Virus record (IMG/VR): IMGVR_UViG_3300023179_000112
Coordinates: 1 to 61,768 of that record
Direction: 5' to 3' (one strand)
DNA: 61,768 bases
Origin: a virus
Taxonomy: Duplodnaviria > Caudoviricetes
The notes beneath the pieces were generated by a model. That model ran no database searches and was not told where the DNA came from. It saw only the letters and a list, made by a program, of their open reading frames with translations. Below are positions 17,889 to 25,480 of the stretch, piece after piece. Positions within the stretch are counted from its first letter, which is position 1; each line of letters starts with the position of its first letter. A program made the translations under genes and the position numbers.

Positions 17889-18086
17889 ATGATTTGTCCA
17901 TACTGCGCTGACCCCAAAACAACAGATGGTTACCCAACAAGAGTGACAGACACACGCCGTTTTTTCGATGACGTAAGACGACGGTTTTACATGGAGCGCA
18001 AGCGCGTATGTACGCATTGCAATCAACGTTTCACAACGCGGGAGTTCTCCCCTGTCATAAAGGAAAAAACTAATCATGCAACCTGA
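17889..18086 (+). CDS. NrdR-like zinc-ribbon protein
   Basis: MICPYC..TRVTDTR..RKRVCTHCNQRFTTRE resembles the NrdR N-terminus; no ATP cone. Confidence 0.75.
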   Translation: MICPYCADPKTTDGYPTRVTDTRRFFDDVRRRFYMERKRVCTHCNQRFTTREFSPVIKEKTNHAT

Positions 18087-18279
18087 TACACGAGTACGAA
18101 TCAAGAGCACGGGCGAAATAGGCTACGTTGTAAAGGAAGACGACGATGGGATGCTATGTATACGCATACCCGCAGACAACGGCTGGCCTTTTCCCCACTA
18201 CGCCTTCATCAACCGCAAAGATGTTGTGCTGGCAAAAGTTTCTAAACAACCCAACGACATAGAGGAGGCACCGTTTTGA
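18076..18279 (+). CDS. Small hypothetical protein (SH3/KOW-like)
   Basis: AAGGA RBS; RVRIKSTGEIGYVV. Confidence 0.6.
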   Translation: MQPDTRVRIKSTGEIGYVVKEDDDGMLCIRIPADNGWPFPHYAFINRKDVVLAKVSKQPNDIEEAPF

Positions 18280-18563
18280 GAACACCCGAAGGACGCGTTA
18301 AAGATAAGATCACTAAGCTGCTCAAGTCTTACAACGTTTACTACTTTTTTCCTGTTACAGGTGGTTACGGTATGTCAGGTATTCCTGACATCGTTTGCTG
18401 CCACAATGGACGCTTCGTTGCTATTGAATGTAAAGCAGGGAAGAACAAGACCACGGCACTACAAGACAGGCAGCTTGAGTTAATCCGTCAATCTGGCGGT
18501 ATAGCGCTTGTCATCAATGAGGAAAACATCCATGAAGTCGAAAAAACTATCAGCGGAACGTGA
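18276..18563 (+). CDS. VRR-NUC domain nuclease (resolvase-like)
   Basis: TPEG.VK, GIPDIV, IECKAG, TALQ. Confidence 0.85.
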   Translation: MRTPEGRVKDKITKLLKSYNVYYFFPVTGGYGMSGIPDIVCCHNGRFVAIECKAGKNKTTALQDRQLELIRQSGGIALVINEENIHEVEKTISGT

Positions 18564-18777
18564 AGAAACAATAAAGCTTGCAAGAGAACTTCTTGAGGGC
18601 GCTATAAAAGAACAAGTTAACTGCGTATTGATTGTGGGTGACGAAAAGAAAGACACTTTTAAGATGCTTGGGGTTAACGCAAATATCATAGAAGTGTACG
18701 ACCTTGTTGCTAGTTCATTAGAACGTTTGCAAACACACTTGGGAAAAGAGATGTCTTCCAACAGGACACTCAACTAA
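18532..18777 (+). CDS. Small hypothetical protein
   Basis: GAGGA upstream of ATG 18532; coupled to polymerase. Confidence 0.55.
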   Translation: MKSKKLSAEREETIKLARELLEGAIKEQVNCVLIVGDEKKDTFKMLGVNANIIEVYDLVASSLERLQTHLGKEMSSNRTLN

Positions 18778-20714
18778 TGAAAACATTGGTCATAGATTTT
18801 GAAACACGTTGGGACAGAAAAAAGTACACACTAAGCAAGTTGACGACAGAGCAATACATCAGGGACAAACGGTTCAAAGCATTTGGGTTATGCATTAAAG
18901 AGTTAGGTTCAGATGACGATCCAGTATGGATTTCTCACAAAGATATCCCTGAATTTATAACATCGATTGATTGGTCGAACACCGCAGTGCTCGCTCACAA
19001 CGCGCAGTTTGACGTGGCTATATTGTCGTGGGTATACGGAGCCAACCCTGCGCTAATTTTTGATTCGTTGTCTATGGCACGAGCGTTGCGGGGTGTGGAA
19101 GTTGGCAACAGCTTGGCAAAACTTGCAGATGAATTCGGTCTGCCGCCTAAAGGTCAAGCTGTGCACAGCACGGATGGGTTGGTTGAGCTTACTTCTGAGA
19201 TAGAGAAAGAACTTGCCGAGTATTGTGCGCATGACACGTTCCTGTGTGAGCAGGTGTTCAACCGTCTGGTTGATGGGTTCCCTGCTAAAGAACTCAAACT
19301 GATCGACATGACGCTGAAAATGTTCACACTACCTCGGCTCGTGTTGGATGTTGAGATGTTGCAACAAGCCATTGATGAAGAGGAGCGCAAGCGTGGAGAA
19401 TTACTGGGACGACTTGGGGTGGATGACAGCACGTTGGCGAGTAATAATCGATTCGCAGATCTTCTGTGTCATATGGACGTGGCGCTCCCCACAAAACTTA
19501 GCAAGACCACCGGCAGACAGACTTATGCATTTGCTAAAAATGACGCGTTGTTTCAGTCTCTGCTCAATTCAGAGCGGGAGGACGTTGCCCTGCTGTGTGA
19601 AGCACGTCTTAAAGTCAAGTCAACCCTTGAAAGAACTCGTGCCCAACGTTTCCTTGACATTGCGTCAAGAGGGGCACTGCCCGTTCCCCTTAACTATTAC
19701 GGAGCACATACGGGTCGATGGTCAGCGAGTCGAGGTTCAGGGCTTAATTTACAAAATCTCAAACGTGGATCTTTCTTACGTCGTTCCATTCTGGCACCCG
19801 AAGGACACAGCCTCGTCGTCTGCGACCTCTCCCAAATTGAACCCAGAATCCTTGCATGGATCAGCGGATACGATGCACTCTTAGATATTTTTAAAAGTGG
19901 GCAAGACCCATACGCTGCGTTCGGTGCGCAGATGTTTAACATACCTGACCTAAGTAAAGAATCACACCCTGACCTACGACAGTCTGCCAAGTCAGCGTTG
20001 CTCGGTGCTGGTTACGGTATGGGGTGGGCATCGTTCTCGGCACAGTTGTTGACAGGGTTCCTTGGCGCACCACCCATGATGTACGACAAGAAGTTTGCCA
20101 AACAAGTTGGTGTAACTGCTGCCGCAGCTGAATCGTTTCTTCAAGACAGCGTATTGACCAAGCAGTTTGAGAAGATACCTCATACATGCACAGAAGAAGA
20201 ACTGTTTTACCACTGCTTGGCAGCTAAAGCTATCATCGAGATATACCGCAAGGCGGCGCAGCCTGTGACGGACTTCTGGGCGTTGTGCAACTCAGCAATA
20301 AATCACTGTCTGTTAGAGGGCAACGAGTACACATACAAGTGCATCACATTCAGGAAAGAAGAAATTCTCTTGCCAAACGGCATGAAACTGCGGTATCCTG
20401 ACATCAAAGTTTCAGAAGAAAAAGGGGTGGTGTATGGCCCCGACGAGACCAAGCTGTACGGTGGGAAGCTGACCGAAAACATCGTTCAGGCGCTAGCTCG
20501 TATTGTAATGACAGATGGTATGCTGAGAACTCAAAAGAAGTACTCGGTGTGTTTAACCGTGCACGATGAAGAAGTAGTCATCGTGCCGGATGCCTATGTC
20601 CAAGAGGCAGAAGGGTGGGTCTTGGAGCAGATGACGATGGAGCCAAAGTATATGCCGGGAATACCTTTGGCAGCAAATGTTAGTTCGGCAAAACGTTATG
20701 GAGATGCAAAATGA
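18777..20714 (+). CDS. polA: Family A DNA polymerase with 3'-5' exonuclease
   Basis: Exo IDFET, HNAQFD, YCAHD; HTGRWS, NLQN, motif A DLSQIE, motif B RQSAKSALLGAGYG, motif C TVHDE. Confidence 0.95.
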   Translation: MKTLVIDFETRWDRKKYTLSKLTTEQYIRDKRFKAFGLCIKELGSDDDPVWISHKDIPEFITSIDWSNTAVLAHNAQFDVAILSWVYGANPALIFDSLSMARALRGVEVGNSLAKLADEFGLPPKGQAVHSTDGLVELTSEIEKELAEYCAHDTFLCEQVFNRLVDGFPAKELKLIDMTLKMFTLPRLVLDVEMLQQAIDEEERKRGELLGRLGVDDSTLASNNRFADLLCHMDVALPTKLSKTTGRQTYAFAKNDALFQSLLNSEREDVALLCEARLKVKSTLERTRAQRFLDIASRGALPVPLNYYGAHTGRWSASRGSGLNLQNLKRGSFLRRSILAPEGHSLVVCDLSQIEPRILAWISGYDALLDIFKSGQDPYAAFGAQMFNIPDLSKESHPDLRQSAKSALLGAGYGMGWASFSAQLLTGFLGAPPMMYDKKFAKQVGVTAAAAESFLQDSVLTKQFEKIPHTCTEEELFYHCLAAKAIIEIYRKAAQPVTDFWALCNSAINHCLLEGNEYTYKCITFRKEEILLPNGMKLRYPDIKVSEEKGVVYGPDETKLYGGKLTENIVQALARIVMTDGMLRTQKKYSVCLTVHDEEVVIVPDAYVQEAEGWVLEQMTMEPKYMPGIPLAANVSSAKRYGDAK

Positions 20715-21001
20715 CAATACCAAAATCAGTAAAGATCGGCGATAAGCGCTACACAGTTTGTGTAGGCAAAACGCCTAGCAACTACACGCTAGGTGAAATT
20801 AAATATATCAGTCAAACAATCAACGTATATACAAAAACCAAGATGCGCAAGATTTCCAAGTCAGAGCAGCAAGTTGTGTTCTGGCATGAGGTCGTTCACG
20901 GCATACTTGAAGAGATTAAACCCAAACTCAACAACGATGAGCGATTTGTTCAAAGCTTTGCCGAGCATCTTGTTAACGTATTCAAATCTGCGAGGTTCTA
21001 A
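20711..21001 (+). CDS. Small HExxH metallopeptidase-like protein
   Basis: FWHEVVHGIL..DERFV. Confidence 0.65.
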   Translation: MTIPKSVKIGDKRYTVCVGKTPSNYTLGEIKYISQTINVYTKTKMRKISKSEQQVVFWHEVVHGILEEIKPKLNNDERFVQSFAEHLVNVFKSARF

Positions 21002-21660
21002 TGAAGGCTTGGTCTCACTCAGCGCTCAAAGATTTTGAAGGTTGTGCAAGACGTTATCACGAAGTACGTATACTAAAAAATTATGAACAAAAAGAAACAA
21101 CGCAAACTCGTTACGGTAAAGATTTTCACAAAGCTGCGGAAGATTACGTCAAAAATAATGTACCTATACCCACACACTTTTCTTTTGCACAACCTACGAT
21201 TGATGCGCTTCTTGCAAAACCCGGAACTAAATATGCTGAATATGAAATGGGTTTAACTGTTGATTTAAAACCGTGCAATTTTAAAGACGATAAGTGTTGG
21301 GTGCGAGGTATTGCTGATTTATTAATTGTTGATGAAGAAAGTCTTACTGCATGGGTGATTGATTACAAAACAGGAAAAGACAAATACCCAGACAAAGAAC
21401 AGTTAACGCTGATGTCTCTTATGACGTTTGCGCATTTCCCTATTATTCGTATAGTGAAGTCTGCTTTGTTGTTTGTTGTTAAAGATTCGATGATTAAACA
21501 CAAAGTTTTGCTTGAAGAAGTTACGGAATATTGGCAAGACTATCGTGAACGTGCCGCACGTCTTGAAGCAGCGTTTGCAAACAACGTGTGGAACCCCAAC
21601 GCCACGCCTTTATGTTCGTGGTGTCCTGTTAAAACCTGTGAATTTAATAAAGGGCATTGA
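21001..21660 (+). CDS. PD-(D/E)XK exonuclease (RecB/Cas4-like)
   Basis: WSHS..C, G..FH, RGIAD, IDYKTG, C-terminal CSWCP..C. Confidence 0.85.
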   Translation: MKAWSHSALKDFEGCARRYHEVRILKNYEQKETTQTRYGKDFHKAAEDYVKNNVPIPTHFSFAQPTIDALLAKPGTKYAEYEMGLTVDLKPCNFKDDKCWVRGIADLLIVDEESLTAWVIDYKTGKDKYPDKEQLTLMSLMTFAHFPIIRIVKSALLFVVKDSMIKHKVLLEEVTEYWQDYRERAARLEAAFANNVWNPNATPLCSWCPVKTCEFNKGH

Positions 21661-21661
21661 G

Positions 21662-21901
21662 ATGACACAAGTTAATGGCAAACGTGACTACAAACACGCA
21701 TACAAACTACAGAAAAAATCTGGCGAAACAAAAGATCAACTTGAACGCCAACGCGCAAGGAGAATGTATGACAAAGACGGTATCGATAGAGCCGGTAAAG
21801 ACATTGACCATATCACACCTATTCGATCTGGGGGAAAGTCTACCAAAGGAAATACGCGACTTCGCAGCCCAAACAAAAACATGGCTGACAACGGAAAGTA
21901 A
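21662..21901 (+). CDS. HNH endonuclease-like protein
   Basis: GKDIDHITP..GG..N.R....N. Confidence 0.7.
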   Translation: MTQVNGKRDYKHAYKLQKKSGETKDQLERQRARRMYDKDGIDRAGKDIDHITPIRSGGKSTKGNTRLRSPNKNMADNGK

Positions 21902-22103
21902 CGACGCATTAGTAACGCTGTGGTCTGCTAAGCATGGAGATGGATGGTGGCTCAACCACATGGAGGTCATCCACAGCGACATATCAACAGAAGAAGCGTT
22001 CTGGCGTTTGATGCTGCATGAAATGATGCGCAGAAACTTAATGGACAAACACTACCACGTGCAAACACATAAAACTTTATACAAACTAAAATGCAAATCA
22101 TAA
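21768..22103 (+). CDS. Hypothetical protein overlapping the HNH gene
   Basis: AAGGAG 5 nt before ATG 21768; fills the otherwise empty 21902-22090. Confidence 0.5.
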   Translation: MTKTVSIEPVKTLTISHLFDLGESLPKEIRDFAAQTKTWLTTESNDALVTLWSAKHGDGWWLNHMEVIHSDISTEEAFWRLMLHEMMRRNLMDKHYHVQTHKTLYKLKCKS

Positions 22104-23653
22104 ACAACAAAGCGGTTTTGTTGCGAACGCGCAAGCCTGATAAATACACAGTCATACCGCGTAGTAAAAACCTTGGAGAAATATCCCCCGGCGTTCACGA
22201 AGTGCTTGTGTTTTGGGGGTTAGATGAAATGCGCGTATTGCGCAATCTGGGTGTGCGCAGTGTGCCGTCGCCAATTAAAGCTAAATATGATTGGCCCGGA
22301 AAATATAAACCGTTTGCGCACCAAGTTGAAACTTCAGCTTTCTTAACACTTCATCGCCGTTCATTCGTATTTAATGATCCGGGCACAGGCAAAACGCTTT
22401 CTGCGTTGTGGGCTGCTGATTATTTAATGAGTAAAAACTATGTAAGACGCTGTCTTATTTTATGCCCTTTGTCTATTATGAACGATGCTTGGATGAATGG
22501 AATAAACAAAAGCATTATTCATAGAACGGCGATTGTCGCGCACCATCAACAAGCGGTAAAACGTATTGAAATGGTTCAAGGCGATTACGAGTTTGTAATT
22601 ATTAATTACGACGGACTAAACCTAATTGCTAATGAAATAAAAACTGATGGTCGGTTTGATCTCATAATTGTTGACGAAGCAAACGCGTATAAGAACGTTA
22701 GTACACGCAGATGGAAAGCTTTGAACTCTTTGATTACTCCCCACACATACTTGTGGATGATGACGGGTACACCCGCTTCGCAGTCACCGCTCGACGCTTA
22801 TGGTTTAGCAAAACTTGTTAACCCAACAGGTGTGCCAAGTTTTTTTACTGCGTGGCGCGATAAGACAATGAACAAACTAACACAGTTTAAATGGGGGCCA
22901 AAACAAAACGCAGCAGAATTAGTGCATGCTGCTTTACAACCAGCGATACGTTACACAAAAGAACAATGCACTGACCTACCTCCTGTGTTGACTGAAACAC
23001 GTGAAATACCTTTGACACCTCAACAACGTAAGTACTACATGATATTGAAAGAACGGATGCTTGTGGAAGCGGCGGGTGAAACAATCACAGCAGTAAACGC
23101 TGCCGCCGCAGTGAACAAACTACTTCAAATCAGCGCGGGTGCGGCTTATACAGATGAGAAAGAAGTTGTAGAGTTTGACTGCGCACCGCGTTTGGCGGTG
23201 CTGATGGAGGCGCTTGAAGAAACAAACAGAAAAGTTTTAGTGTTTGCTCCTTACAGACATAGCATCGACACCATACACGCATATCTTACTAAACACGGGG
23301 TAGCTAGCGAAGTCATCAACGGCGATGTGTCCGTCAAAAAAAGAACAGATATCTTTAGAAGATTTCAAACTGAAGACGATCCGCGAGTCATGGTTATACA
23401 GCCACAAGCCGCAGCGCACGGGGTAACGCTGACCGCTGCGGACACCGTCATCTTTTGGGGGCCGGTCATGTCGGTTGAAACTTACAAGCAATGTATCGCA
23501 CGGTCAGATCGAATCGGGCAAGACTCTACAAAAGTTAGAGTGATACACCTACAAGGCAGTGCAATTGAACGCAAGATGTTTAACTTGCTAGAGGAGCGTG
23601 TGGAAGACCACGCGTTGTTGATCAAACTTTACGAAGAGGAGCTTGCACGATGA
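22091..23653 (+). CDS. SNF2-family (SF2) helicase
   Basis: PFAHQ, DPGTGKT, VDEA, MTGTP, HGVTLT, QCIARSDRIGQ. Confidence 0.92.
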   Translation: MQIINNKAVLLRTRKPDKYTVIPRSKNLGEISPGVHEVLVFWGLDEMRVLRNLGVRSVPSPIKAKYDWPGKYKPFAHQVETSAFLTLHRRSFVFNDPGTGKTLSALWAADYLMSKNYVRRCLILCPLSIMNDAWMNGINKSIIHRTAIVAHHQQAVKRIEMVQGDYEFVIINYDGLNLIANEIKTDGRFDLIIVDEANAYKNVSTRRWKALNSLITPHTYLWMMTGTPASQSPLDAYGLAKLVNPTGVPSFFTAWRDKTMNKLTQFKWGPKQNAAELVHAALQPAIRYTKEQCTDLPPVLTETREIPLTPQQRKYYMILKERMLVEAAGETITAVNAAAAVNKLLQISAGAAYTDEKEVVEFDCAPRLAVLMEALEETNRKVLVFAPYRHSIDTIHAYLTKHGVASEVINGDVSVKKRTDIFRRFQTEDDPRVMVIQPQAAAHGVTLTAADTVIFWGPVMSVETYKQCIARSDRIGQDSTKVRVIHLQGSAIERKMFNLLEERVEDHALLIKLYEEELAR

Positions 23654-23680
23654 AAAAAAAGCATGTATAATTTTTGACAT
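23643..23680 (+). promoter_or_regulatory. Sigma70 promoter overlapped by operator-like motif
   Basis: TTGCAC 23643-23648, 17 nt, TATAAT 23666-23671; motif ATGTATAATTTTTGACAT 23663-23680. Confidence 0.7.
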
Positions 23681-23698
23681 AACACAAGGAGAGTTGAT

Positions 23699-24097
23699 AT
23701 GGATACCGTACCAATGGATAAATTGGCCCGCGTGTACTTAAAAATACGTACGCGGATTCAAGAGCTTACGAAACAATACGAGTCTGAGATTGAAGATCTC
23801 AAGTCGCAGCAAGACGAAATCAAAGCTGCGATGAAAGATCATCTCATGGCGCTCGGCAGTAAATCGGTGAAAACCGATCAAGGCACTGTGATCTTGACAA
23901 CCAAGACACGGTACTTCACGCAAGACTGGGACGCTTTCAAAACTTTTGTGGTGGAGAATGACGCGCTTGATCTTTATGAAAAGCGTATTCATCAAACCAA
24001 CATGGCTAAGTTTTTGGAAGACAACCCTTCGCTTGTACCCCCCGGTTTGAACTCAGATAAAGAGTTCGATATTTCTGTAAGGAAACCAACCAAATGA
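23699..24097 (+). CDS. Conserved replication-module hypothetical protein
   Basis: AAGGAGAG RBS; coiled coil plus DWDAF..PPGL. Confidence 0.75.
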   Translation: MDTVPMDKLARVYLKIRTRIQELTKQYESEIEDLKSQQDEIKAAMKDHLMALGSKSVKTDQGTVILTTKTRYFTQDWDAFKTFVVENDALDLYEKRIHQTNMAKFLEDNPSLVPPGLNSDKEFDISVRKPTK

Positions 24098-24996
24098 GTA
24101 ATGTTACTGTTTTTAATCCTTCTAAAGCCCCTTCTTTTGCTAGGCGTGGCGGCTCGTCTGCAATTGCTTTAGCGTTGACGGGTGGCGGCGGTAATGGTGC
24201 ATCGGGTAAAAACATATCCATCAAAGGTGGCGTGTTTCGGTTGATCAGTGATGGTAAAGAAATTGCTGCCGTCGATGATAGGCATCTCGATGTTGTAATT
24301 GTTGGAGCTGCTCCTAAAATTGGACGTACGTTTTACGCAGCTAAATATGAAGAAGGAAAAACCACAGCACCAATATGTTGGTCTGCGGATGGCGATAAGC
24401 CCGACACTTCAATTGAATCCCCTCAGCATTCAAACTGCGCCGACTGCCCACAAAACATTCAAGGCAGCGGAGAGGGCAATAGTCGTGCCTGCCGTTTCTC
24501 ACAACGCATAGCCGTAGTGTTGGCAAATGATGTTGAAGGTGATGCGCTTGCTCTGTCACTTCCTGCCACAAGTATTTTTGGTAAGGATGAAGGAGGCAAC
24601 ATGCCATTGCAAGCTTACGCACGTTGGTTAGCTGCCCAAGACATCAAACCCGAAGAAGTTGTCACGCGTATGCGTTTTGATACTAAAGCAGCGGTTCCTA
24701 AGTTATTTTTCAAAACTATGCGTTGGTTAACTGACGAAGAATTTGAAAGTGCGTCAGAAAAAATTGACACTGAAGTGGTGAAAAAAATGGTTACGCTGTC
24801 GTTTAGTGCTTCTCAACAAGTTGCTGCCCCTTTAGTTGAAGGTAATAGACCAAAAGCTGCGGCAAAGAAAAAAGAAGTTGTGGAAGAAATTGACGATAGT
24901 GAGCCAGAAGTACGGGAAAAAGCAGCTCCGACTAATGCAGTGCCTAAAAAATCGGGCATTGCTGCAACCGTAGCTGCATGGGACACTGACGACTAA
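24094..24996 (+). CDS. Putative single-stranded DNA-binding protein
   Basis: ISIKGGVFR, Cys cluster (C..CADC..C), flexible tail ending acidic/aromatic WDTDD; replication context. Confidence 0.65.
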   Translation: MSNVTVFNPSKAPSFARRGGSSAIALALTGGGGNGASGKNISIKGGVFRLISDGKEIAAVDDRHLDVVIVGAAPKIGRTFYAAKYEEGKTTAPICWSADGDKPDTSIESPQHSNCADCPQNIQGSGEGNSRACRFSQRIAVVLANDVEGDALALSLPATSIFGKDEGGNMPLQAYARWLAAQDIKPEEVVTRMRFDTKAAVPKLFFKTMRWLTDEEFESASEKIDTEVVKKMVTLSFSASQQVAAPLVEGNRPKAAAKKKEVVEEIDDSEPEVREKAAPTNAVPKKSGIAATVAAWDTDD

Positions 24997-25026
24997 CGCG
25001 AGCGGGGGCTTGCGCCCCCGATATTT

Positions 25027-25305
25027 ATGCCATACTCTGAACGAACTAAAGAAACAATTAAACATGCTCCGCGCACCCTAGGCTCACGCTTAGGGCGTTG
25101 GGCTATTCACAGAGATTTTTCTGTATTACGCATTTCTAAATTTACGGGTGCAACTAGACAAACGGTTTATAACTGGATGTCTGGTATGGAAGTTACACCC
25201 GCTTATCGATCACGTGTACAGGAACTTATTAACATTCTTGAGCGGCACCCTAATGCTGAACAGGCATGGAGACATATATGCGACACCTATCCCCAACAAG
25301 CATGA
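25027..25305 (+). CDS. Helix-turn-helix (Cro/XRE-like) DNA-binding protein
   Basis: SVLRISKFTGATRQTVYNWMSG. Confidence 0.7.
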   Translation: MPYSERTKETIKHAPRTLGSRLGRWAIHRDFSVLRISKFTGATRQTVYNWMSGMEVTPAYRSRVQELINILERHPNAEQAWRHICDTYPQQA

Positions 25306-25466
25306 CTACCAAAGAGTTGATAAATCACCTTGACATTGAAGTTGTGACAGACACGGTTTCACCTCAATATGTTGAGGAGTTTTTAAAACGCACACGCGAA
25401 TTTATGAACTTACAAACGGAGAAAGCAACTAATAAAAAAGACGACAGTCAATTACCTTTGTTCTAA
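25302..25466 (+). CDS. Small hypothetical protein
   Basis: ATGA coupling; ends QLPLF, resembling a beta-clamp-binding motif. Confidence 0.55.
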   Translation: MTTKELINHLDIEVVTDTVSPQYVEEFLKRTREFMNLQTEKATNKKDDSQLPLF

Positions 25467-25480
25467 CCCGTGGAGTTACC

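Noticed and set aside
21001-21660. Cas4 / CRISPR adaptation gene
   Set aside because: Stand-alone PD-(D/E)XK exonuclease in a normal phage replication module.
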